A DNA stretch of 46,102 bases from Ruminococcus sp. UBA3286 (GTDB taxonomy: Bacteria; Bacillota; Clostridia; Oscillospirales; Ruminococcaceae), in assembly GCA_002362135.1 (NCBI GenBank), contig DETO01000002.1, forward strand, positions 3,868 through 49,969. The letters run 5' to 3'. Shown here in pieces: positions 35,715 through 45,500 of this stretch (its first letter is position 1; each line of letters begins with the position of its first letter). Both the position numbers and the translations under genes were made by a program. The notes beneath the pieces are model-generated. The model did not search any database. It worked only from the letters and a program-made list of their open reading frames with translations, and was not told the DNA's origin.

Positions 35715-38216
35715 TCACGCTCCTTCCATCATGCGCAGTTTCCATTCGTCGAACTGCATTTTTGACATGAGTATCTTTCGCGGCTTTGAACCCTCCGAAG
35801 GCCCGATTATTCCGCGTTCTTCCAGTTCGTCCATTATCCGTGAAGCCCTTGCGTAGCCAAGTTTCAGCTTTTTCTGAATCATAGTCGTGGAAAGCTGACC
35901 GTTATTGACGGCAACTTCCGCCGCCCTGATAACATAATCCTCGTCGCTTCCTGCCTCAAATCCGCTGTCGGAAGTTCCGCCGCGGTCGCCCTTAGTCTGC
36001 GGAACGAAATTCTCAACTGCTTCGATAATGTTCGAATCATAACTGCCCTCCGCCTGAGAGCGTATAAAATTCAGCGTTTCGTTTATATCCTTTGTGGAGG
36101 CAAAGCAGCCCTGAATTCTCACGGGTTTGCTCGTACCTATGGGCATATAAAGCATATCGCCGTTACCGAGAAGCTTATCCGCGCCCGCCATATCGATAAT
36201 AGTTCTGGAGTCCACCTGCGACATTACTGAAAGCGCGATACGGCTGGGGATATTTGCCTTGATAAGACCTGTAATAACGTCCGTAGTCGGCCGCTGAGTT
36301 GCAACAACAAGGTGCATTCCTGCCGCTCTTCCCATCTGCGCAAGACGGCATATCGAATCTTCGACTTCCTTACCTGCAACAAGCATCATATCCGCAAGTT
36401 CGTCGATAAATACAACAATCTGCGGCATGGTAGGTATATCGCCGTCGGATTCTGCAAGCTCGTTATAGGATTTCAGATCGTTCGCACCGACCTCCGCAAA
36501 CATATTATAGCGGCGCATCATTTCGTTTACCGCCCAGTTAAGCGCGCCTGCCGCCTTTTTCGCTTCGGTCACTATGGGGATAAGCAGGTGGGGAATTCCC
36601 TCAAACACCTTGAATTCAACTACTTTCGGGTCGATAAGTATTATCTTTACTTCATCGGGAGTAGCCTTATAAAGAATGCTCATGATTATGGAGCGCGTGC
36701 AGACGGATTTTCCCGAACCCGTCGTTCCTGCGATAATTACATGGGGCATTTTTGAAATATCGCCGACTATCGCATTTCCCGTAATATCCTTTCCAACGGC
36801 AAATGCAAGCCTGCTCTGCGCGCTTCGAAATTCGGGAGTTGAAAGTATCTCGCGTATCGTAACAGTGTCCTTGTTTATATTAGGAACTTCGATACCGACG
36901 GCGGCTTTTCCGGGAACAGGAGCTTCGATTCTTACGCCCTGCGCCGCAAGACTGAGCGCGATATCGTCCTCAAGTCCCTTTATCTTTGAAACTTTCACGC
37001 CTGCTCCGGGCTGAATTTCATATCTCGTGATCGACGGGCCGCGATAAATGCTTTTTATCTTTACCTCTACGCCGAAACTTTTGAGCGTATTCACGATAGT
37101 ATCAGCCTTTTCGCGCATTTCCTGAGCGGCTTCCGCGCTGTTGGAACGCGTATCGGGCGGAGTAAGCAGATCAAGCCCCGGAAGTATGTACACGGGCTGC
37201 GCTTTGGAATTCTCTTTTATGCCCTCTTCCGTCGCAGCAGTTTCGGGCTTTTTTTCCGTAGATTTCGCCGCCCTGTCTATCAGTTTGTCAAGTTCGCTGT
37301 CAGAGGGTTTCTTTTCCTCCTTCGGATTTTCTTCAGGCAGCGGAATATCGAAAAACATACTGAATTCGTCTTTTTCGCGATCGTTTTTCTCCTCGGCGGC
37401 AGACTTTTTATTATTGACTATCTCTATCGCCTCAAGATCTTTATTGAACGCGCTGTCCTCGTTTTCATCGGCGTATTCGTCCTCTTCATCGTCAAATGCG
37501 TCCTCAAAATCCTCGCCCATTATAAGATTCTGCACGCCCTCTAAGCATCTTCCCAGAAATCTGAACGGTTCTAAAAGCATTTCGAAAAATTCTATAATGC
37601 CCTTTCCCGTTATGAGCATGATCATAACGAAAAGCAGCAGGATTATAACTATTCTCGCGCCCATAGTTCCGAACAGCGCGAAAAATATTGCCGATATCGG
37701 ATATGAAGCCACGCCGCCTCCGTGAAGTCTTTTTCCTCCGTCGTAAAGCCGCGTGATATTATTCCAGAAGCCTCTTCCGGGGAGTTCGCCTACCGCGAAT
37801 ATCTGCACTCCCGAACTGATTACCACTGTCAGAACGAGACTCCAGATAACCATATTTTTCACGCGCTCGCGATCTTTTTCAAGCCCGATAAGTATGGACG
37901 CCGCGATAAGCACGGCAGGCACGAGCAGCGAAGCTATGCCGAAAAATCCCAGCATAAATTCATGCATACGCTGCCAGCCTGCCGTTCCGGGGATAAGCGT
38001 AATGAGCATACAAAGCACTCCCGCCGCAAAAAGCAGCACGGAAGCTATACGGCTGTTTTCATTTTTCGGAGCAGAGGAGGATTTTTTTTTCGGCGGATTT
38101 TTTTTCGCGCCGCCTCCTTTAAGAAGCGGCTCTCCGCTGTCCTTACCGCCTTTTGTTTTCGGCTCGCTGTCGTCTCTGAAATCCGCGCCGAAAGGTAATT
38201 TAAAATTAAATGCCAT
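35715..38216 (-). CDS. ftsK: DNA translocase FtsK/SpoIIIE
   Basis: N-terminal TMs, GTTGSGKS, IDELAD, ATQRP, LLGNGDML, gamma domain LGYARASRIMD; start ATG 38216. Confidence 0.95.
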   Translation of the reverse strand: MAFNFKLPFGADFRDDSEPKTKGGKDSGEPLLKGGGAKKNPPKKKSSSAPKNENSRIASVLLFAAGVLCMLITLIPGTAGWQRMHEFMLGFFGIASLLVPAVLIAASILIGLEKDRERVKNMVIWSLVLTVVISSGVQIFAVGELPGRGFWNNITRLYDGGKRLHGGGVASYPISAIFFALFGTMGARIVIILLLFVMIMLITGKGIIEFFEMLLEPFRFLGRCLEGVQNLIMGEDFEDAFDDEEDEYADENEDSAFNKDLEAIEIVNNKKSAAEEKNDREKDEFSMFFDIPLPEENPKEEKKPSDSELDKLIDRAAKSTEKKPETAATEEGIKENSKAQPVYILPGLDLLTPPDTRSNSAEAAQEMREKADTIVNTLKSFGVEVKIKSIYRGPSITRYEIQPGAGVKVSKIKGLEDDIALSLAAQGVRIEAPVPGKAAVGIEVPNINKDTVTIREILSTPEFRSAQSRLAFAVGKDITGNAIVGDISKMPHVIIAGTTGSGKSVCTRSIIMSILYKATPDEVKIILIDPKVVEFKVFEGIPHLLIPIVTEAKKAAGALNWAVNEMMRRYNMFAEVGANDLKSYNELAESDGDIPTMPQIVVFIDELADMMLVAGKEVEDSICRLAQMGRAAGMHLVVATQRPTTDVITGLIKANIPSRIALSVMSQVDSRTIIDMAGADKLLGNGDMLYMPIGTSKPVRIQGCFASTKDINETLNFIRSQAEGSYDSNIIEAVENFVPQTKGDRGGTSDSGFEAGSDEDYVIRAAEVAVNNGQLSTTMIQKKLKLGYARASRIMDELEERGIIGPSEGSKPRKILMSKMQFDEWKLRMMEGA

Positions 38217-38219
38217 CTT

Positions 38220-38380
38220 TATACTCCCCTCTATTCTAAAATACATCAGTCTTGCAGGCAGAAATTCCGTTTGTCTGCGTTGTCCTCCTCACCATACGAC
38301 AGTATGCTTTCGTCGTCCGCCTTGACATACGAAATTTCTGCCTGCAATCTTTGTTGCATTTTAGAATAGATGGGAGTATA
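38220..38380. mobile_element. 161-bp TA-flanked MITE (ERIC/Correia/BOX-like) forming one long hairpin
   Basis: Left TATACTCCCCTCTATTCTAAAATACA versus right-end reverse complement TATACTCCCATCTATTCTAAAATGCA; inner perfect 15-bp inverted repeat TTGCAGGCAGAAATT; core CTGCGTTG...CATAC-GACA-GTATG...CCGCCTTG. Confidence 0.85.
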
Positions 38381-38406
38381 TCTCCGTTTTTTTCGCAGAG
38401 ACAGCG

Positions 38407-39099
38407 TCAATCATATCTCCGCGGTGTATTTTCTATCATTTCATAAAGGCACTCCATAGCGTCACCGAGACTGCCGAGCGAATCTATAAGCCCTATCTCA
38501 ACAGCTTTATTGCCGTCCACGACTGAGCCTACGTCAAGCACAAGCTCCTGCGTATTCATCATCAGGCGGCAAAGTTCTTCTTCGCTGATATTGCTGTTTC
38601 TGGTCACAAAGCTTACTATTCTGTCCTGCATTTTATCAAAATAGGAAAGTGTCTGCGGAACGCCGAGAACTGTTCCATTCATGCGTACAGGGTGGATAGT
38701 CATGGACGCCGACGGAACGATAAACGATTTTTTCGCGCTTACGGCAAGGGGAACTCCAATAGAATGACCGCCGCCAACCACAATAGAGACAGTCGGAGTT
38801 TTCATTCCCGAAATAAGTTCAGCAATGGCAAGCCCTGCTTCCACGTCTCCGCCGACAGTATTGAGGATTATAATAAGCCCCTCCACGCTCCTGTCCTGTT
38901 CGACTGCAACAAGAGCGGGGATTATATGCTCGTATTTCGTTGTTTTATTCGTCTCGCCAAGCACGTAATGTCCCTCTATCTGCCCGATTATCGTAAGACA
39001 ATGTATGAGATGCTTCGAATTCGGCGAGCCGTTGTCGATAACGTGTTCCTTTTTTTCAATGTCAACGTTTTCGTTGTTTTCATTTTTTTCAGTATCCAT
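38407..39099 (-). CDS. tepA: ClpP-like protein TepA
   Basis: [41 protein letters not shown]; directly upstream of spoIIIE/ftsK as in Bacillus. Confidence 0.85.
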   Translation of the reverse strand: MDTEKNENNENVDIEKKEHVIDNGSPNSKHLIHCLTIIGQIEGHYVLGETNKTTKYEHIIPALVAVEQDRSVEGLIIILNTVGGDVEAGLAIAELISGMKTPTVSIVVGGGHSIGVPLAVSAKKSFIVPSASMTIHPVRMNGTVLGVPQTLSYFDKMQDRIVSFVTRNSNISEEELCRLMMNTQELVLDVGSVVDGNKAVEIGLIDSLGSLGDAMECLYEMIENTPRRYD

Positions 39100-39229
39100 A
39101 ATATACTCCTAAATAATATAATTATATAAGTATTATAACCATTTAGTGAGAGCATATTCTTATTTAATTATACACCAATTATAAAATAAAGTCAATATCG
39201 AAATTATATTCGATATTGACCTTAAAATG

Positions 39230-40462
39230 TTAAATAAGACCCATTTCGGATTTTTTCTCCAGTATGCGGAGAACGCTTTCATCTATGCGTTCTTCCATTA
39301 TTTCTCCCGAATTTACGGCGTTCGTCAGACCTTCGACGGCAGTCGGGAGATCGCGCGGCATAAGTATTATATCCATTCCCGCTTCAACCGCTTTTACGGC
39401 AGCTTCTCCGCTGTCGTAAACATTCGCAACAGCTCCCATAGAATGCGAATCGGTTATGGCTATACCGTCGAATTTCAGCGTATTTCGCAGCCATTCCCCT
39501 ACCACTTCCGAGGAAAGATCGCCCGGCAAATCGTCACCGGAAGCCGCTGTTATCTGGTGACCTACCATGACAAAATCGCAGCCTGCTTCGATACCGCCGC
39601 GAAATGCCGTAAATTCTGTTTCGAGGAGTTCCTCGTAAGTGCGGTCGATATATACCGAGCCGTAATGAGTATTTCCGCTTCCTGCTCCCAGTCCGGGGAA
39701 ATGTTTGAGAGTACTGCACACGCCTTTCGACTGCAAACCTGCGGAAACAGCCGCTGACATTTCCGCCGTGATATGCGGATCGGAACTGAATATCCGCGAG
39801 CCGAGTTCATTCTGCGGACTGATATTGACGTCGGCGACGGGCGCGAAATCCACATTAAAGCCGTAATACGCAAGATAATCCCCTATAGTTTCACCGACTG
39901 AAAAAGCCTGCTCCCTGTCGTTGAGATCGCCGTAATAGCGCATACTGTAAACGGCTTCCGTACCAAGCTGCGACTGAACGCGCGTAACACAGCCGCCCTC
40001 CTCATCGACCGCAAGAAAAACTCCCGTACCGCTTTTTAAGGCGGTATCCTGAATATCTTTCAGCATTTTTGAAGTCTGCTCCGACGTCTGTATGTTCTTC
40101 GCGAAAAAAATAAATCCGCCTACGGGATATTCGCCGAAGCCGCTGTGAAAATTCTCCCCGACTACGGTAAACGCCGCTTCGGGAGAAAATTTTTCGGGTT
40201 CAACAATGAACATCTGACATATTTTTTCATGGAGAGTCATTTCGGAAAGACGTATTTCTGCGGCAGACGGCGGCGCTGTAACGGGTTCGGGCGGCAGTTC
40301 CGTGGTTTCCGCAGTTTCTAAAGTTTCGGAAGTTGTCTCAACAGCCGACGATCTGACAGTCGCAGTTACAGCGGCAGGTACATTTTCGGATTCGGTTTTT
40401 CCTACGCTTCCGCAGCCGCACATCATAAGCACGGGCAGAACTACAGCTATTATTTTTTTCAT
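39230..40462 (-). CDS. GH3 beta-N-acetylhexosaminidase-like lipoprotein (NagZ-type single domain)
   Basis: Lipobox-like LMMCGC, Thr/Glu linker, DEEGG, FAPVADV, KHFPGLG, ITDS. Confidence 0.85.
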   Translation of the reverse strand: MKKIIAVVLPVLMMCGCGSVGKTESENVPAAVTATVRSSAVETTSETLETAETTELPPEPVTAPPSAAEIRLSEMTLHEKICQMFIVEPEKFSPEAAFTVVGENFHSGFGEYPVGGFIFFAKNIQTSEQTSKMLKDIQDTALKSGTGVFLAVDEEGGCVTRVQSQLGTEAVYSMRYYGDLNDREQAFSVGETIGDYLAYYGFNVDFAPVADVNISPQNELGSRIFSSDPHITAEMSAAVSAGLQSKGVCSTLKHFPGLGAGSGNTHYGSVYIDRTYEELLETEFTAFRGGIEAGCDFVMVGHQITAASGDDLPGDLSSEVVGEWLRNTLKFDGIAITDSHSMGAVANVYDSGEAAVKAVEAGMDIILMPRDLPTAVEGLTNAVNSGEIMEERIDESVLRILEKKSEMGLI

Positions 40463-41013
40463 CGCCGCGCCTTTCTGCGAATTTCTCTTCTGCGCTTTCT
40501 GATATAGCGAAACGCCGCTTTTTCACCCTTATCGTCAAGAAGCCGCAAGAGAAATTCCAGTTTCGCGGCAGTCTGCGCTTCAATTTTTCGCTTCGGTTTG
40601 GATTTCAGAAAATATTCAAGCGGCATACTATTGTTATACTTCTCTTTATTGTATATCTTTGACGCCGCAACTCTGTCGCAGAACATTTCAAATATGAAAT
40701 CGTCGGGCATTCTTACAGGATCAAGCGTACCTGTTTTTGGGCTGTAATCCGTCCAGTATTCAAAATGATGGCGATTTCTGCCCTTATGGTGCATCCATGC
40801 GCTCGACGCGCCTTTCAGTTCTCTTTCGCGCTCATTGGGACTGCGGCTTCCCTGAAAATAAAGAACTCCGGGAATAAACTCCGTCGGGGAATATTTCGAA
40901 AGATCATGAAGCAGACCGCGCCTGAATATACCGGCCTTGAAACAATGGAGCATTACCATATGGCGATGACTGTTGACAGTTCTGAGATGACCGAAAAAAT
41001 TTTTTATCAGCAT
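40459..41013 (-). CDS. DUF5662 family HD-like protein
   Basis: GLLHDLSKYSPTEF, AWMHHKGRNRHHFEYW, EMFCDRVAASK. Confidence 0.8.
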   Translation of the reverse strand: MLIKNFFGHLRTVNSHRHMVMLHCFKAGIFRRGLLHDLSKYSPTEFIPGVLYFQGSRSPNERERELKGASSAWMHHKGRNRHHFEYWTDYSPKTGTLDPVRMPDDFIFEMFCDRVAASKIYNKEKYNNSMPLEYFLKSKPKRKIEAQTAAKLEFLLRLLDDKGEKAAFRYIRKRRREIRRKARR

Positions 41014-41025
41014 TTTCTAACCTCG

Positions 41026-42048
41026 CTAATTAGTATTAAGAACGCTGTCTTTAATTATAAGACGACCGCTGATTATGCGCCTTCCTGCGGCATATGAAGG
41101 ATCGGCAAGCTTACGCGCCATTATTTCCACACTGACCGAAGCCATCTGCTCAAGATCGACTTCTACCGTAGTAATGGCAGGAATGCATATATCCGACACG
41201 GTGTAATTATCATAGCCCACAACGGAAATATCCTCTGGCACTCTCACGCCCTTTGCCCGAAGAGCCGATATTATGCGAAAAGCCGTCTCATCGCTGTTGC
41301 ACACGAACGCGGTCGGCATATCGCTTGGAAAATCTATCCGCTCAAAAAGAGTACCCGTGTCGTCGCGGTCGTCAAGCAGCCATTCATTGCGATATTCAAG
41401 CCGATTTTCCATAATACATTTTATGTAGCCGAGAAAGCGGTCGTTAATGCTGCTGGTAGCGTTTATAGTGCCGATAAAGCCTATTCTGCGATGTCCCATT
41501 TCCACCAGATGATCGGTCAGGATATATCCGCCGTGAAAGCTGTCGGAATTTACGGAATCCACATTAAAGCGGCTGTCGTAGAAATCAACGAGCAGCAGCG
41601 GAATATTCGTATTTTTCAGGGCTTCAACATACTGCCTGCTGACCTGCCCGATAACTATAACGCCGTCCACTTTTCTTTCCGACAGCGTATTCGGCAGCAC
41701 CACGTTCCGCTCGTTAATACGCGTGATACATTCGTAAACAGGAAGCACGTCCATAGATGAAAGCTTGTTTGAGATATTCGCGGTAAGCTCCCAGTAAAAA
41801 GTTCCCATAGAGCCTACAAAGCGCTCGGAAGTAAGTATTCCTGCGCTTTTTCCGATTTTAGGCAGAATTGTTTTCTGCCGCGAATTACCTGTATTCGACG
41901 GTTTATAGCCCATTGCCTCGGCAGTTTCGCAAATTCTGGCGCGCATCTGATCGCTTACGCCCTCCCGCCCTGCAAGAGCGTTGGAGACGGTAACTACGCT
42001 GACGCCCAGTTTTTTTGCAATATCCAGCATTTTTACTCCGTTTTTCAT
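41026..42048 (-). CDS. LacI family transcriptional regulator
   Basis: HTH DIAKKLGVSVVTVSNAL, GYKP, sugar-binding domain (PTAFVC, VPEDISVVGYDN, ITTV); start ATG 42048 (GGAGG SD). Confidence 0.92.
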   Translation of the reverse strand: MKNGVKMLDIAKKLGVSVVTVSNALAGREGVSDQMRARICETAEAMGYKPSNTGNSRQKTILPKIGKSAGILTSERFVGSMGTFYWELTANISNKLSSMDVLPVYECITRINERNVVLPNTLSERKVDGVIVIGQVSRQYVEALKNTNIPLLLVDFYDSRFNVDSVNSDSFHGGYILTDHLVEMGHRRIGFIGTINATSSINDRFLGYIKCIMENRLEYRNEWLLDDRDDTGTLFERIDFPSDMPTAFVCNSDETAFRIISALRAKGVRVPEDISVVGYDNYTVSDICIPAITTVEVDLEQMASVSVEIMARKLADPSYAAGRRIISGRLIIKDSVLNTN

Positions 42049-42224
42049 ATATCCTCCGATTATTTGAGGCAATGCCGCGCAAAAATAATACGGCATATGC
42101 CTTGGGTTAATGTATCTTAAATTATACCATTTTTTAAGTGAAAAATAAAGTGTTTTTTGGCATTTTTGTTACATATGTTAATTTCGCGCAATATTTTTAT
42201 GCATTATGCACATAGAATATAAAG

Positions 42225-42253
42225 ATAATACCGCACGGAATGTGCGGTATTAT
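42225..42253 (-). terminator. Hairpin terminator after the 54-aa gene
   Basis: ATAATACCGCAC-GGAAT-GTGCGGTATTAT, a perfect 12-bp stem 5 nt past the stop. Confidence 0.7.
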
Positions 42254-42258
42254 TTTTA

Positions 42259-42423
42259 CTACTTATAATCAGGAAGATAGGGGAACAATTTTTCATATGA
42301 AAAAATCGTTTCCTCATCAGGATTTGCAGGTATCAGACCAGTCATTTCTGTAGCTGAACTTACATTTTCCAGCCCCTCGTCAAACGGATCGGGTACAGGT
42401 ATCTTCTTTTTTTCATCATTCAT
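42259..42423 (-). CDS. Small acidic hypothetical protein (54 aa)
   Basis: Not in the ORF track. MNDEKKKIPVPDPFDEGLENVSSATEMTGLIPANPDEETIFSYEKLFPYLPDYK, with GGGGTG SD and its own terminator. Confidence 0.75.
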   Translation of the reverse strand: MNDEKKKIPVPDPFDEGLENVSSATEMTGLIPANPDEETIFSYEKLFPYLPDYK

Positions 42424-42483
42424 AAATATCACCCCAAATCATTATTCCGCAAATCCGAAAAAAAATTCATATAATTCACATTC

Positions 42484-42516
42484 TTTAAGATTATTTTAAG
42501 AATGAAAGTTTATAAT
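42484..42516 (+). promoter_or_regulatory. OmpR-family (CiaR-type) activator box plus -10 element
   Basis: TTTAAG-N5-TTTAAG-N10-TATAAT, with the repeat in place of a -35 hexamer. Confidence 0.7.
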
Positions 42517-42590
42517 CATAACCATAGTAAACATTACGAACATCAATGATGAAAATAAAAATAAATTTAATGAACAGGAGTTTGATCATT

Positions 42591-45500
42591 ATGAAAAAAT
42601 CAATTTTAAAAAAACTTATCGGCGGAATTTCTACAGCAGCAGTTTCCGCGGCAGCTGCATTGACGCTTTCGGCAGTTTCCTCTCAGGCTGCCGACGTCAT
42701 GTACGGCGACGCAAACTGCGACGGCAAAGTTGAGATCGCAGACGCAACGCTTATTCTTCAGTTTCTGACCAACAAAGACGAATATCAGCTTACAGCTCCG
42801 GGAATGATCAATGCCGATTGCAGTAGTGTCGGAGACGGCGTGACTGCCTCAGACGCTCTTGCCATCCAGAAACTTGACGCAGGCGTTATAAAGGAACTTC
42901 CCGAATCATGGCTTAACGATCCCGTTACCGAGACTACATATATCCACCTCAACGGCTCGTCGGCAACCGTAGAAGGAAAATACGCCGAAGTTGACGGCGG
43001 AAAGATAACGATCACTCATTCGGGCGCTTTCTATGTTGACGGAACTCTCGACGACGGTCAGATCAATGTTAATATCGCAGATGAAACCGCTGATCCCGAA
43101 ACTGTAAAAATCTTCCTGAATAATGCCAATATTACGGGAAAATCAGCTCCCGCTATCCTCATTACCAACGCCGAAAACACATCGCTGAATCTCGTTGACG
43201 GCACGGTGAATTCTATCTCCGACGGCGATACGGCTTATGCAGGCGATAATCTTGGGGCTGCCGTTATCGAAGCAAAAGACGACATCACGGTAAAGGGCGG
43301 TACTGTAGGCGACGGAATCCTCAATATCACGGCAAATACTCAAGACGGTCTCGTATGCAACAACGATATTAAGTTTAAGGGCGGTACTGTAAATATCACA
43401 ACTCTCAACGCTACGGACAAAACCGACGCCGTTAAGGGCAAAACTTCCGTAACTGTCAAGGATTCCGCAGTTCTCAACATCGACGCGGAAGGCGACGGTC
43501 TGAAATCAAGTCAGGGAAGCGTTAATATTTCAGGCGGAACAATGGAGATAAAGGCAGGAAATGACGCTGTTCAGGGCGTTGATATCAATATTTCGGGCGG
43601 AACTCTTCTCGGCGGCGGCGATCGCGGTCTTACTTCTTCCGCAAGCACCAATATCACGGGCGGAATCGTTGTTGTGACGGCTACCGATAATCAGACCGAT
43701 CAGGCTCTTATGGCGGGAACTACTCAGGGTACTATGCTTCTTAATTTCAAGGCTTCCGCCGAGACCGACGGCTGCTGGAAAAAAGCCAATGCCCTCGTTA
43801 ATGATCATGTTACATTTGATAAATGGACTAAAAAATATGCTTTTGCAGTAATCAGTACTCCAGATATTGCAGCTGGCAAATCATATAGATTCACAAATGC
43901 TTCAAATTCAAATACTGCCGTTCACAGCGGAGGAGAAGCATTCGAACAGACTTCGCTTATCACGGTATTTGAAAATGTAGATCCCGACGGCGAAAGCGGT
44001 TCAACCGTGATCACGCCCGATTCAGGATACACTTTAAAACTCAGCGGAACTTCTATCGAATCCAGCGCACCGGCTGATACGGCTTCCGCAGACGGCGGCG
44101 TACTGACCATTTCAAAACCCGGAATTTTCGCAGTATCAGGCGAAGCTAAGGAAGTTCAGATAGTTGTAAATGTTGATAAAACAGCTTACCCCGACGGCGT
44201 TGTCGAACTTGATCTTACCGGAGCTGATATTTCAAACAGCACAACTTCTCCCATTAACGTTCAGTCCATAGGCGATGAAGTTCAGATAGTTGCCAAATCG
44301 GGTACGGTAAATACGATCTCCGACGGTTCTGCGCATTCCGAAACCTACACCGACGCCGACGGCAATGTAAACACGGTAGAGGGCGCAATTTTCTCACGGG
44401 ACGACTTAAAATTCAAGGGTACAGGCTCGCTTACGGTCAACGGAAATACCGACGACGCTGTCGTATGCAAGAATGATGTAAAGATATACAACGGCAATAT
44501 TACAGTTAATGCGGTAGACGACGGAATCCGCGGCAAGGACAGCGTTACTGTCGGAAACTCCGCAGACACGGATTTCTCCACGCTTAAACTCAGCATTAAA
44601 ACACAGCAGGGCGACGGCATAAAATCCACCGCAACAGACGCTTCCACAACTGCTAAAAATTACGGCGTTGTAACTATAAACGGCGGTACTGTTGATATCG
44701 ATTCCTATGCCGACGGAATTCAGGGCGAGCAGGACGTTGTCATCAACGGCGGCAATATAAATATACACACCTACGAGGGTTCGGCATTTACGGGTACTGC
44801 AAGCGGCGGAAATTCAGGCGGCGGCTCATGGGGCGGCGGTTTCCCCGGCGGCGGAATGCAGGACGGCAACTCCAACAAAACCGATATTTCGGCAAAGGGA
44901 ATCAAGGCTGTCGGTCTTTATGATGCAGCCGGTACAACATGGCAGAGCGGCGGTAATATTACATTAAACGGCGGAAATATCACTATCGATTCTTCCGACG
45001 ACTGCGTTCATTGCGGCGGAAATATCACGGTAAGCGGCGGTAATTTCAAGCTTGCTACGGCTGACGACGCTCTTCATTCCGACCATGATCTTACGCTCGG
45101 CGCAAACGGCGGTTCGGCAGACGATTTCGGAATTTACGTTACAAAGTGCTATGAGGGTGTTGAAGGTCAGAATATTTATCAGCACAGCGGCACGGTTATC
45201 GTTAAAGCTGACGACGACGGATATAATGCGGCAGGCGGAGCTGACGGAAGCGGAAATAACAATCAGGGCGGCTGGAATCCCGGCGGCGGATTCGGTCAGG
45301 CAGGCAATAATGTTCTCGAAATTTCAGGCGGTATCGCTATCGTTCAGTCTGCAAGCGGCGATCACGATGCATTCGATTCCAACGGCAATCTCACGATAAC
45401 AGGCGGCGTTGTAATCGCAAACGGTCAAGAGCCTCTTGACAGCGACGGCTCTAACACGGCTTCGGGCGGAACAGTTATAACGGCTTCTTCACAATCGTCA

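Noticed and set aside
32368-35765. Long plus-strand ORFs of 484 aa (32368-33822) and 512 aa (34227-35765)
   Set aside because: Antisense shadows of conserved minus-strand genes; no recognisable motifs or clear SD.
38252-38446. 64-aa plus-strand ORF, and the 10-aa N-terminal extension of FtsK from 38246
   Set aside because: Both derive from MITE sequence.
39120-39180. sigmaF/G promoter for tepA
   Set aside because: Plausible by analogy with Bacillus, but the matches are too degenerate in a very AT-rich spacer.
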